In this document: positions 21,722 through 32,380 of the stretch, one piece after another
How positions within the stretch are numbered: the stretch's first letter is position 1
Layout of the letters: each line of letters opens with the position of its first letter
Origin: Cladosporium halotolerans
Lineage: Eukaryota
Reading direction: 5' to 3'
Assembly (NCBI RefSeq): GCF_011745625.1
Contig: NW_027191480.1
Location: forward strand, 248,001 to 310,076
Length of the DNA: 62,076 bases
Notes under the pieces: generated by a model
The model's input: only the letters and a program-made list of their open reading frames with translations
Databases searched by the model: none
Told to the model about the DNA's origin: nothing
Position numbers and translations under genes: made by a program

Positions 21722-24457
21722 CTACTCAAACTCCACCCTCTGCCCCTGCGCCTGCCTCCTCGCCCTCTCCGCCCTGCGCCTCCGCCTATTATCCGCAAAA
21801 GCGCTCACGTCCGTCCCCGTGCCCGCGTCCGTCCCGGCCGCCCCAGGACTCCCCACGGGCCCGCTCATGCCGCTGCCGCCGGAGAAATCGCCCCCGTGGA
21901 TGGGGATTTTCGGCGGGAGAGGCAAGTTCATCTCGCTCGGCGGCGGACGGGCCGAGCCCAGCGCGCTGTTCGAGAGGGCTGTGGGAGGCGGAGGGACGTT
22001 GGAGTAGGGTTGTGAGCTGGAGGGGCGGACGCGCGAGCGGTGCGCGCGGTCGCGGCGGGCGGGGGTCGTGGAGGTCGAGGAGAGGGAGGAGGCGCGGCGG
22101 TGGCGGCGGGGTTTGGCGGTTGCGCCGGTCGCGGCTGAGGAGGGGGGACGCTGGGAGTGCTCGTCGGGCAGGCGGGAGAGAGTCACGCGGCCGGCGTCGT
22201 CGTTGTGCATGTGCATTTTGACGCGCACGGGGTCACTTCCGCTGGCTGGCAGGTCGGAGATCTGCGAGGCGGAGGACTGGCTGTTGCGACGGCTGGCGCG
22301 GGGGCGGTAGCGCGAGGGAGATTGGGATTGAGTGCGGTGGTGGGAGCTCGCGGCGAGGCTGGCGGCGGCGGCATTGGCGCCTAGGGTGCCGGCTGGGTGG
22401 GCGCTGGAATGGGGTGGACCTTCAGATGGTGGTGGGTCGTAGAGTCGCGACGGGTCGGGGGTGACAGCTGCTGCTGGCATGTGTGCTGAGCCGGGGACGG
22501 GAGGCGCGCCTGGGTATGTGCTGTGAGGTGGAGGGCCGGGAGGCGGAGGAGGTAATGTGTAGCCTTGGTCGTCCAAATTGGTACGACTCGCCGAGGGGGC
22601 GACGCTGCCGGCATTAGCAGGCAGGGGCGGCATGCTGATGTCCGGTCTCTGACTGAGTGCCGTCCTCGAAAGCTCAGGATTGCTTCCTCTCGCCGGATCA
22701 GGGGTCATGCCAGTCATGATGGTCTCGGACATGCTGGGCCGTCTCCCGTCCGACGCCTGCGGGTACCTGTTGGAGTGGCGCCTGTTGAACCTCTCCGCAT
22801 TATCGATCTCGCGCATGCGCTGAGCGTCGATGCGTTGGTCTTCTGCCCTCTGCTTGCGTGCCCGATTCCACTCCCTGAATCCGGCGAAGGCGCCGAACGT
22901 CGCGATGCTATTGCGAAGCGTCGGCGGCTCGTCATCCAGGTCGGTTCGCCGGTCATCGTAGTCCGTTCCGTCTCCGTAGGAATACATCTCCGTACTCGGC
23001 CGGCCTCTCCTCGAGTTCCGCATCGGTGTGAAACCCGACGCCGTAGGAGGAATAGTCGAAGCAGCCATAGGACCACGATCTCTGCGCGGATCTCCAGGCG
23101 AAAAAGGAGCATCGCCATTGCGAACGCGAGTAACATCCGACTGGCTCACCATGCTATGGTTCCCGCCCAGAGCAGGCCTATACCTGTCGCGCCGCTCGTA
23201 GTCGTCCTCGCGATCCTTCTTCCCAAAGATGCCCTTAAACCCCTTGTACGCCGCAAGGCCCGCGCCGGCGCCCAGCAAGCGGTTCCGCCACGTGTGCTTC
23301 TGCGGCGTGTCGCTGCTGTACTTCTCGTCCTCCCACGACTGCGGCGACAGCCTGCTCTCCGTGTAGCGGCCGCGGCTGCGCGAGCGAACCCGACTCGGCG
23401 TCATGGTGCTCGCGCCGGGCGGCGCCCTGGTCGAGGGCCCGTACATCGTGCTCGTGCCCGGCGGCCCACGGCTAGGCCCGTCGTACCGCGAGTCGTAGTC
23501 CATGTACGTGTCGCCGGCGTCCGTCCGCTCGTCGTCGTGGCGCTCGTTCCGCCGCTTCCACAGCCGCCACGCGCCCAGCGCGCCGCCCGCCGCCAGCAGC
23601 TTCTTGCCCCAGCCCCAGCCGCTCTTGTCCTCTTCGCCGTCTCCGTGCCGCCGCCTGGTCGTCTGCGTGAAATCCGTCCGCGAGCCAGAAAGGTAGCTGC
23701 CGTAGTCCGAGGCAAACTCCGAGCCGTTGACCGCCGACCCGTCGCCCGGCGCGCGGCGGTACCTTCTGTACTTCTTCCGGAAGTCCAGCGTCAGGTACAA
23801 GCACAGCAGGAAGAAGCCCGCCAGGGCATACAGGATGAACAGCACCTGCGGGCTGCCGTAGAGCGTGAGCCCGAGCGCGATCTGCACGAAGCCCAGCAGG
23901 GCGACGCTGCGGCCCAGCACGCGGTGCAAGTAGACTTTCTTGGGCAGCATCGTGGGCGCGGCTTTCTTGCGCCGCTCCAGCTTGAACATCAGCCAGCCGA
24001 AGAGGAACTGTGCGAGCACGAGGACGTAGATCGCGAGGCCGATGCCGTGGTGCGGGTTCGTGAGGGAGCGCTCGGGCCCGACGGCGAACCAGCCGAGGAT
24101 GAAGACGACCGTTGTGAGGAGGACGGTGAGGATTTGGAGGTAGACGTGAAGTTTGAGCGAGAGGCCTGGGTTGGCCTGCCCGAACTTTGCGATGAGGATG
24201 GCGGCGGGGACGACACCGAGGAAGGTGATTGCTGCGACAGCACCGTGGCCGCGGATCAGAGAGTGGTACTGAGGTAGCTCTCGGAAGCGGTTTCCCATGC
24301 CATTGTACTGCATTGTGTTGAAGTTCAGTCCCATTAGATTGGGCAGCAGGAAGGTGTTACGATCCGAGTCCCAGGTGCCATCGCCGACAGTGAGCGTCGA
24401 GCTCGAGTAGCTGCTGCTTCCGGGATCTGACAGTCCGCCATTGTTGTCTGAAGACAT
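21722..24457 (-). CDS. Cytochrome b561 / ferric reductase-like transmembrane domain protein with long low-complexity cytosolic tail (911 aa)
   Basis: Single long ORF. Five to six TM segments carrying the four heme-ligand His patterns: HGAVAAITF, LHVYLQ, NPHHGIG, LHRVLGR. Confidence 0.85.
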   Translation of the reverse strand: MSSDNNGGLSDPGSSSYSSSTLTVGDGTWDSDRNTFLLPNLMGLNFNTMQYNGMGNRFRELPQYHSLIRGHGAVAAITFLGVVPAAILIAKFGQANPGLSLKLHVYLQILTVLLTTVVFILGWFAVGPERSLTNPHHGIGLAIYVLVLAQFLFGWLMFKLERRKKAAPTMLPKKVYLHRVLGRSVALLGFVQIALGLTLYGSPQVLFILYALAGFFLLCLYLTLDFRKKYRRYRRAPGDGSAVNGSEFASDYGSYLSGSRTDFTQTTRRRHGDGEEDKSGWGWGKKLLAAGGALGAWRLWKRRNERHDDERTDAGDTYMDYDSRYDGPSRGPPGTSTMYGPSTRAPPGASTMTPSRVRSRSRGRYTESRLSPQSWEDEKYSSDTPQKHTWRNRLLGAGAGLAAYKGFKGIFGKKDREDDYERRDRYRPALGGNHSMVSQSDVTRVRNGDAPFSPGDPRRDRGPMAASTIPPTASGFTPMRNSRRGRPSTEMYSYGDGTDYDDRRTDLDDEPPTLRNSIATFGAFAGFREWNRARKQRAEDQRIDAQRMREIDNAERFNRRHSNRYPQASDGRRPSMSETIMTGMTPDPARGSNPELSRTALSQRPDISMPPLPANAGSVAPSASRTNLDDQGYTLPPPPPGPPPHSTYPGAPPVPGSAHMPAAAVTPDPSRLYDPPPSEGPPHSSAHPAGTLGANAAAASLAASSHHRTQSQSPSRYRPRASRRNSQSSASQISDLPASGSDPVRVKMHMHNDDAGRVTLSRLPDEHSQRPPSSAATGATAKPRRHRRASSLSSTSTTPARRDRAHRSRVRPSSSQPYSNVPPPPTALSNSALGSARPPPSEMNLPLPPKIPIHGGDFSGGSGMSGPVGSPGAAGTDAGTGTDVSAFADNRRRRRAERARRQAQGQRVEFE

Positions 24458-25235
24458 GGTGATCGGTTTGTACGATCAGTCGTCGTAGATGGCGGTGAAG
24501 TGAGGATTGCGCGCTGCGCTTCGGTGATGGGAGAGTGCGCTATGCAGCGCTCATGTCGATTGAAGGTGGTTGTGCCTGATATCGTCTCTTTCGTAAGGAT
24601 GTGTTGTTCTGGCCAGTACAGCCGTGCTTCTCTTCGTTCGTTCGTTGTCCCGGCTCGACTCGTCTCGATTCGGCGGGGACGATGCGCTGGCAGCCCGACA
24701 GCTGCTGCGAAGTACTTCGGACAACAATCCCGCAACGATGTAATGCTTCGTAGAAGACGGCAGCAACGTGGGTCCGAGAGGAAGGAGAGTAGAGAATAAG
24801 GTAGCCAAGTGCCCGGCTAGTCGAAGGGCGCCAAAATGGTGGACGACGACGAGTTGCGCAGAGGGTTGGCGGCTTGCGATCGCCCCAGCAACGCGCCATG
24901 CTCGGGTGGGACCCTGTAAGCTTTGGGTGCGCAGGCGACATTTCAAGTTTCACGCCCGACGATCGCTCAGCTTGAGTGGCCATGCAGGTACGCGCTGGAA
25001 GTGGTACTTTCATACTCGTCAACGTGTGTAAACTTGATGAGAGGTGTGAGATGTACCTACTGCTGTCGCTCCCGGCTGCTGCAGGCCAGCATTCCGGCCG
25101 CGGCGTTGGTAACGCTCACACCACGCCGCTACGTCAGATCGCGCACGTGCCATGTGGAATAGAAGCCTCTCATCAAGGTCGCGATGTAATTTAAAAAAAG
25201 ATGGTGTTCATTTTCGCGTTGGCTCAATTTTGATC

Positions 25236-26828
25236 TCACTTCGACAGTCCCTCCAGAACCCTTTCTGCACCAGCAAGATCCATCAAGCCGTCATCCATGC
25301 ATTCGTTCATCGCTTCCATCAGATCAACGCCCTTGGGAGGGGGACCGGGAATGCTGACATTTCCGCTTGCGCTGCTCGACGAAGACGAGCCACCAGCAGC
25401 GCCAGCGCTCTGCTCGCTGGTCATCTTGGCCACGACATGAATGACCGCCATCCTGCCTTTCGCCTTTTCAGCGATCTCCTCATCACCCAACACCTTCGCA
25501 TGGTCAGCCGCGCCCTTATAGAACTTGAACGCGTTGGACAAAAGCGTCAATCCACTGTTGCGAACAGACTCCGACAGCGTTGAGCCAGACATGGTGGCGA
25601 GGCGGTAGCGCAGGAGCTCAGCATCGCCCTTGGACTCGAAGATCTCCGCCTTGCGCTCCTTCGCGTCTTCCGTAGTCAGCTTCGACGCCTTGGTGAGTCG
25701 GTCCTGCGTGATGCTCAGCTGCTTCCAGCAGTCGCTGGCGGGGAATTTGCTCGCGTCTTCCAGCTGGTCGAAGGCAGAGAGGACGAGCTCGGCGCGGGCT
25801 TGCGCTTCGGTCGTGAGCGCGTGCGCATCGGCGTCTTTGTTGGGCAGGTCGAAGGCTTGCAGGCGCTCGACGTAGGTCTGGAGCTCAATGAGACGAGCTG
25901 AGTACTGTGCATCGGCGTAGGCGGCGATGAAGCTGGCGCGGGCAAGACCAACCTCCAGGCGAGCAGCATCCTGCTCATCCTCGGACATGAGGGCGATGTA
26001 GTTGGGTGCCTTGTTGTCGGTGAAGGCGTGTGCCATGTCGCCCAAGTTGCCCAGAGCGCTTTCGCCGACCAGAGGAATCAGAGTGGTCAGAGCAGAGAGC
26101 GATGCGTGGACGGTGTCGAGAAGATCGTTGGGCGTGACCGGGTTCATAATGATGGCCGACTGCTCTTCCTTGCCGTCGCCCTCGTCCTCAGCCTCTGCCT
26201 CTGCTTTCTCGCCACCCTCTTCCTTCGCCTCCTCCTTGCCCTCACCCTCAACCGGCACACCACCCTCCTCCTCCTCAGCCTCCTCGCCATCTTCAGGGAA
26301 GTCAGCCTTCTGCTGCTCAATCGCCATCTCCTGCCTAGCCAGACACCCCTCGAGCATCTCCAAACTCTCATGCAACAGCGCAACAGCCTCCTCATCCTCC
26401 CCCTCCTCATCCTCCGAAATCACCTCCGCCAAGCTCGTCATAACCTGACTCGCATTAAACCTCACATCCACATTCTCCGCATCCAGCCCCAGCGCCAGCC
26501 TATGGCTGTCCAGCGTCTGCCTCAGCAGCGCCTGCAAATCGAGCCCGACCTTCTCCACGATCGCGGGGCTCTGCGAGACCTCGAGCTCGAGCCGCGCCTT
26601 GTTGTACGCGAGGTCGAAGTTGGCGGGGAACTTCTTGAGGCCGCGGTCGTAGATGTCGAGGGCGCGCAGGAAGGCGCGGCCGGACTTGGCTGGGTCGCCG
26701 GCGCGCCATTTGCCGCCGGTCTCTTCCTCTTTGTCGGCGGCGTCTTGGTACTCGTCGGGCGTGCGCGGCTCGACGGCTTTGGCTTTGGGCGCTTTGGAGG
26801 GGCGGGCGAATTGCTTTGGTTTGGCCAT
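25236..26828 (-). CDS. Conserved fungal TPR-like/helical-repeat protein (530 aa)
   Basis: Single ORF with strong codon bias. TPR-like helices (RAFLRALDIYDRGLKKFPANFDLAYNKARL; ALGLDAENVDVRFNASQV) and an acidic insert. Confidence 0.85.
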   Translation of the reverse strand: MAKPKQFARPSKAPKAKAVEPRTPDEYQDAADKEEETGGKWRAGDPAKSGRAFLRALDIYDRGLKKFPANFDLAYNKARLELEVSQSPAIVEKVGLDLQALLRQTLDSHRLALGLDAENVDVRFNASQVMTSLAEVISEDEEGEDEEAVALLHESLEMLEGCLARQEMAIEQQKADFPEDGEEAEEEEGGVPVEGEGKEEAKEEGGEKAEAEAEDEGDGKEEQSAIIMNPVTPNDLLDTVHASLSALTTLIPLVGESALGNLGDMAHAFTDNKAPNYIALMSEDEQDAARLEVGLARASFIAAYADAQYSARLIELQTYVERLQAFDLPNKDADAHALTTEAQARAELVLSAFDQLEDASKFPASDCWKQLSITQDRLTKASKLTTEDAKERKAEIFESKGDAELLRYRLATMSGSTLSESVRNSGLTLLSNAFKFYKGAADHAKVLGDEEIAEKAKGRMAVIHVVAKMTSEQSAGAAGGSSSSSSASGNVSIPGPPPKGVDLMEAMNECMDDGLMDLAGAERVLEGLSK

Positions 26829-28027
26829 TGTAGATGGAACAATTTGTGTGTGGCGACCAGAATTATGTGAAGGCCTAAGGCAGGCAGCACGTTCACGCTG
26901 TTAGTGAGTTCCGTAATTAATTCCGTTTCCTGACGGAAGGATCCTCGCGTCCGGTGTTGCAGGCGGACAATCAAAGTGATAGCTCCAAGGCCGTGTGTGA
27001 AAGTTTGCTACGAGCCTGCAGATGGCGGATTTGAAGCGGACTGACGCACGAGTCGTATGGTGGGGTTTGACCAAGCGGTATGCAGGACTACAGATGGACG
27101 GACTGCGAGTTCGCACGGATGTGCTATGGCTGGTTGCTATTTTTGTTGAACACCAAAGACTTCCCTACGAGTCTGAAAAGATTGTACGGCGGACGCACCA
27201 TACTGCTCATCACAATACCTTCGCTCTTCCTGGCTTTTGCCGGCGGCGGGGGATGCTCCGTGAAGGTGACGTGACAGGCGAGGCGGGCGGCGACGGCAGG
27301 CTCCGGGCGCGCTGATTGGCGTCGCAAAGTCAATTTCCTTATCGCACCGCGCGCCCCTCTATCGCATTTTGCCAGCAGTCCCCGTTCTAGTGAGCCCCCC
27401 GCCAATGTTCATGCGTGGGATGGGCGTCTGCGTGCGTCCATGGGCGAGTCGCCGCGCGCGCATGAAGGCGCCGACGCCAATGCTGACACTCCCGCCGGGC
27501 GCATACCGCATCCATCTCCCTCTCGCTCGCGCGCGCATTGGCACGGGCGCGCGTGGAAGGCGGCAGAAGCGGCCAGGCGAGCCAGGCGGTCTTCCTCCAC
27601 TCGCCGCCAGCACCGGTGGGCCTGCAGCACGCCCGGACAGGCACAGCTATGAAGTCATCCTTGCTGCTTCCGTCCTGCCACTGCGCAAAGGCACATAAGT
27701 GGGACCCGGCAGTCTGCGGTGGAGAGCAATCAACACCTCACAACACCGCCCCAGTAACGTGACTGTACGCTGCTGCTAGAGCCCGAGGAAACCACGGTCA
27801 TCGCTCCATCACCGATCCTGGCCAGCCCTGCCCACCCACTCCACCACCACCCGCCTCTTCCTACACCTAGACTTCCTCTGCCTCATCTCACTCATACCAT
27901 ATATTCTCGACACTCACTTTCACACCTCCCCTCGCCAAACCCCACCACCCCACCACAACGTCACCCTCCTCCTCCTCCTCCCAATCAACCAACACCCACA
28001 CCCACAACCACAACCACATCAGCCACA

Positions 28028-28822
28028 ATGACCCGCCCCGTCAACCTCTACTCCTTCCCCTCCGTCGACGCCGACCTCGCGCCCAACCTGCGCCGCTACG
28101 TCCTCGACGCGCAAAACGAAGCCGTCAAGCGCCACAACACCTTCCGCGTCGCCGTCTCCGGCGGCTCGCTGCCCAAAGTCCTCGCCAAAGCCCTGCTCGC
28201 CGACGACCCGGCCTCCGCCGACCGCGCCGACTTCAGCAAGTGGGAGATCTTCTACGCCGACGAGCGCTGCGTGCCGCTCACGCACGAGGACTCCAACCAC
28301 GCGCTCGTGAAAGCCGAGCTCCTCGACAAGATCCCCGCCGCCCTCGGCACGCCCAAAGTCTTCCCCATCGACGAGACCCTGCTCGACAACCCGCAGGAGG
28401 CCGCGGACGCGTACGAGAAGACGCTCGTCTCCATCTTCGCCGCGCGCGACAGCGTCAAGCTGCCGCTCTTCGACCTGCTGCTGCTCGGCTGCGGGCCCGA
28501 CGGCCACACCTGCAGCCTGTTCCCCAGCTACCCGCAGCTGCGCGAGACGGACGCGTGGGTGCTGAGCATCGAGGACTCGCCCAAGCCGCCGCCCAAGCGC
28601 ATCACGCTCAGCCTGCCGGTCGTGCAGCACGCGGCGCGCACGGCGTTCGTCGCCACGGGCGCGGGCAAGAAGGAGGTGCTGAAGAGTATCTTCGAGACGG
28701 AGGAGGGCAGGCAGTTGCCGTGCGGGCTGGTGAACGAGGGTGCGGGCGAGCGCGTTAGCTGGTTCTGCGACGCGGCGGCGACGGACGGCGTGAGCTATCC
28801 TAGGAGGGGGAGTGTGATTTAG
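28028..28822 (+). CDS. 6-phosphogluconolactonase (Sol/DevB family)
   Basis: Motifs AVSGGSLP, FYADERCVP, DLLLLGCGPDGHTCSLFP, DSPKPPPKRITLSLP. ATG in cacaATG context, very high GC3. Confidence 0.96.
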   Translation: MTRPVNLYSFPSVDADLAPNLRRYVLDAQNEAVKRHNTFRVAVSGGSLPKVLAKALLADDPASADRADFSKWEIFYADERCVPLTHEDSNHALVKAELLDKIPAALGTPKVFPIDETLLDNPQEAADAYEKTLVSIFAARDSVKLPLFDLLLLGCGPDGHTCSLFPSYPQLRETDAWVLSIEDSPKPPPKRITLSLPVVQHAARTAFVATGAGKKEVLKSIFETEEGRQLPCGLVNEGAGERVSWFCDAAATDGVSYPRRGSVI

Positions 28823-29333
28823 AGGGGGATTGGATACCAGGAAAGTTGGATGGGATTGTGGAAAATGTGGCTTGGAAGCTGTTATGGAGGGCTTTTGATG
28901 ATGTTGCTGGCCTCGTGGACGAGGTCGGATGAAGCTCTTGGAGATAACGCTACGATTTTGAGGAAATCAATGAAGAAATTTCAAAACACGACCAATGGTG
29001 AATATTTCTGTTCTCCGATTTTTCCATGTGGTAGTTCGGGAGAAACAGGTACTTCAACGCTGTAGCACCCACTGCTTCCGGAATTCGTCGTCCCACCGTG
29101 CACCTGATGTTCGAGGCCATGTGACTACCTACCCAAGTCACTCCCGGAGGGGGTTCCGCTACAGCGAATCGTCGACAACGCAACGCAGACCAGGTCGCTG
29201 AACCCACCCGAAAAAATGATTGTGGACTGTATCACATCGCCAAAATAGATAAATAGAGAAAACCTTTCATTAAAATAATCATGTCATATCAACACCGCCA
29301 AAATCCACTAACCATCTCTTCCACCACCACCAA

Positions 29334-31916
29334 TCATCCCCCCTCCGCCTCCGCATACTCCCTCTCCCGCATCCCCAACACAACCCTCTCCCACGCCGCC
29401 CTCGAAAACCTCCCCAGCGCGTTCCAAAAGTGCCTGCCCGCCTCGTGCTCCCTCACGCGCGCCAACAGCCCCGCGACCGCCTCCCGCACCTCCACCTTCG
29501 GATGGCACAGCCCGAACGCCAAATAAAACAAGCCCTGCCCCATGCCCGCGCTACCCGCGCGCGAGTCCCAGCTCCCGTTCGCGACCGTCGCGAGCAGCTG
29601 GCAGATCTCCGCGTCCGTCTGCACGGCGGCCGCGATGGCGAGGTAGACGTTGCCGGCGGCGTCGGGGCCGAGGCGCAGCTTGGCGAGCTTGTCGTGCAGG
29701 TGGTGCAGGTCGAGGGCTTTGACGGGCCGCGACAGGTAGTAGGCGGCCAGGTCCTGGATGAAGTTGAAGTAGCTGCGCGTCGCGCGCCAGCCTTCGATGC
29801 GCGTGCTGTTGGCGGCGAGCTCGGCGTGCCGGTGCTGCGGGGACGGCCAGACGTAGCCGTGCCCGATGACTTCGGGGGGCAGGTCGGAGTCTGCGGCGCC
29901 GCCGCGCGGGGAGGGGCTGGCGAGGGGGGTGAGGGGGGAGGAGATGTCTTGGGGGTCCGGGGGCTCGTGGATGTGCAGGGCGGAGGCGCCGTATACGGCT
30001 TCTTCGAAGGCGGCGGCGAGGCGGGTGAAGCGCGCGACCCAGAGGCGGAATTTGGTGCGGATCGCGTTCTCGCCGTGCCGCTCGTGGATGGCGGACAGGA
30101 CGGCGTTCATGAAGGCTGCGTCGCCGGTGGGGTCGCTGCCGCCCGCGGCGCTGTGGCTGCCGGCGCCGCCTAGGCCGGCGGTGAGGGAGGCGCCTGCTGC
30201 TGCGATGGCGGACATGCCGGCGCCGGTGCCGGTGGTGGGGGACAGGCTGCTCTGTTGGAAGTAGATGACGCCTTCTGTGACTGGGGCTTGTTCGATGCGG
30301 TTGGAGATGCGCATGCGGCCGGTGGAGATGTCGCAGAGGACGTCCCACCATTCTCCGTGGTGGCCGAATGCTGGGTTGGTTACTCCTGCAATGAATCCGG
30401 GGACCTTTAGGAGGTCGTCGATTTTGGTGAGATCGGTGTAAGGGAACGCGTGTCTGGTGAAGCCTCGAAGCATACCGCCAGATGCTAAAGCGCATGCCGC
30501 GAGAACAGCCTCGGCGACCTCAGATGAAGGCAGGTTGTGACCGAGGAAGATGACTCGTTTCTGTGTTAGGAGCGCGTTGAGCAAGACAATGATAGGATGT
30601 GTGTTTGCTCCAGATGTTGTGAGGTGCGGATGTGTCGGATTGAAGGGTACTGGGGATGTCGAGTGAGGTGTTGAAAAGGTAGTGATGAGTTTGATCAGAC
30701 TGAAATCGCCCACTGTCTCAGGTGACAGCGCGACCGGGATTTTGACCGGCACTGGGATGTTGGCGTAATTCACAGTCGACTCGAACTCGTGAGTGTCTTT
30801 GGGCAGGCCATAGCGGCTGCGGGAAGGATACTGCTGCAGTGTTGGGGATGTAGACCTCTGTGAGCCATCCTCGGAAGCATCAGATGCCATCCGCTGTGCA
30901 ATGATTGCCTCAAACTTCTCAATGAACAGGTCCTTGGCGTTGCTGGCCTGCAGGATGAATTTCTCGTTAAGATTCAACCGCGGCATCAGCGAGAGGTCCA
31001 TACCGTTGACCGCATCGTATAGACTGGCCAGCGTCTCAATGGTAGGGCTCGTGAAATATTGATCCAGCGCGATAAGTAAAAGAGGCTTGTAGATGTGTAG
31101 AAAGCTGTGCCGCGTGCATATCGCCATAGCCTTGACCACAGCTCCTCGCTTCACAGTCTGGTCCTGCTTCGTATTGACCAAATTCAACACATAAACCAGC
31201 GGCGGGCCATCGATGCTCCCGGGCTCCTCATCGCTCTCCTCATCTTCAAACTCCTCGTCCTCCTCCAATTCCCCTTCCCCCTCCATCGCCCCGCCCTCAA
31301 CCTGCCCGTCCTCCCCCACAGGCCTCCGCCTCCTCTTCTTCCGCCTTCCACCACCCTCATCCCCTTCCTCCTCCTCTTCCGCCTCAGCGTCTTTATGCAA
31401 AAAGAATATCGTCCAGTCCTGCGCCCGCGTATGCGTCTGGTCCGGCAACATCAGCTCCGCCAGCATCACCTCGTCGCCGCCCACGGGCCCGGGGTACTGG
31501 TGCTCCATCACACTGCCCCGGTCGATGTCGAAGCTCGCGACCAGAATGTACTCGACGTGCTTCTCGCCGCCCGACGCCGGGTACTGTGACTTGATCGGGC
31601 GCGCGGCGCCGCGCGGGGGCATGCGCGCCTGCTCCATGCTCATGCTCATGCTCATGCTGGCGCCGGCCGTTGCTGGCGGCGAGAGCAAGGGCGGGTTGCT
31701 GTCGCGCGACGAGTGGTGGGAGCGCGCGGCGGAGGGTCGGCGGGCGAAGTCGGCATGGTGGGCGACGGGGTTGGAGGCGGAGCGCTTGCTCGGGTTCGAG
31801 GGGAAGGACTGGAGGGAGGGGCGGCGGGTGGAGCTTGCGGTGGTCGAGCCGGCGGCTCCGTGCTTGGGGCGCGAGGGCAGCGCGGCGGCCATGTTGCTCG
31901 CCGCGAGCGTTTCCAT
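29334..31916 (-). CDS. mesA: MesA / Afi1 polarity-axis stabilisation protein (DENN-like)
   Basis: Motifs [85 protein letters not shown]. First ATG at 31916 (alternative 31892); the ORF track starts at an upstream GTG. Confidence 0.9.
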   Translation of the reverse strand: METLAASNMAAALPSRPKHGAAGSTTASSTRRPSLQSFPSNPSKRSASNPVAHHADFARRPSAARSHHSSRDSNPPLLSPPATAGASMSMSMSMEQARMPPRGAARPIKSQYPASGGEKHVEYILVASFDIDRGSVMEHQYPGPVGGDEVMLAELMLPDQTHTRAQDWTIFFLHKDAEAEEEEEGDEGGGRRKKRRRRPVGEDGQVEGGAMEGEGELEEDEEFEDEESDEEPGSIDGPPLVYVLNLVNTKQDQTVKRGAVVKAMAICTRHSFLHIYKPLLLIALDQYFTSPTIETLASLYDAVNGMDLSLMPRLNLNEKFILQASNAKDLFIEKFEAIIAQRMASDASEDGSQRSTSPTLQQYPSRSRYGLPKDTHEFESTVNYANIPVPVKIPVALSPETVGDFSLIKLITTFSTPHSTSPVPFNPTHPHLTTSGANTHPIIVLLNALLTQKRVIFLGHNLPSSEVAEAVLAACALASGGMLRGFTRHAFPYTDLTKIDDLLKVPGFIAGVTNPAFGHHGEWWDVLCDISTGRMRISNRIEQAPVTEGVIYFQQSSLSPTTGTGAGMSAIAAAGASLTAGLGGAGSHSAAGGSDPTGDAAFMNAVLSAIHERHGENAIRTKFRLWVARFTRLAAAFEEAVYGASALHIHEPPDPQDISSPLTPLASPSPRGGAADSDLPPEVIGHGYVWPSPQHRHAELAANSTRIEGWRATRSYFNFIQDLAAYYLSRPVKALDLHHLHDKLAKLRLGPDAAGNVYLAIAAAVQTDAEICQLLATVANGSWDSRAGSAGMGQGLFYLAFGLCHPKVEVREAVAGLLARVREHEAGRHFWNALGRFSRAAWERVVLGMREREYAEAEGG
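31635..31658. repeat. (CATGCT)4 coding microsatellite, encoding an (SM)4 run in MesA
   Basis: catgctcatgctcatgctcatgct read directly. Confidence 0.9.
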
Positions 31917-32380
31917 GTTGTGCGGGAAGTGTTGTTGGGGTCGTGAGTGAAGTGAGGTGTACAAGTCTTCTTTCACCGTCTATCGGCCATGTCGCGTGCC
32001 CGTCGCCCCTGCATGCGACGTCTCGTTGTCTTTTGGCGGTGTCTTTTGGCGTGCCCGCCGGTCTCCCCAGGTTTCACATGTTGCGAGGGGTCTGATTGAG
32101 TTGGCGGGAGATCGACGCCGGCGTCCGAGCCCCTGGTTTTGGGCCCACTTGGGGCGTCCTCGTCTCCTCCGCGCAGGGTCTGAAAGGCAAGGTAAACAGA
32201 GAGAGTGATCTTAAGAATGGACATGCGGACTCAACAGAGATTATACACGAGTTTGAAGTGCCTATTATACAGAGTGCATTTTACGCAAGCGGGAGGCTCC
32301 TACTGTACAGGATGCGTTGCGACGAAAGTACTAATGCTGGCGAGGCATGTCCGTAACAGTCATGGCAGGTATTCCATCCG

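Noticed and set aside
22565..24277. 570-aa ORF on the + strand
   Set aside because: Antisense shadow of the cytochrome b561 gene in high-GC DNA; Arg/Pro/Ala-rich with no domain.
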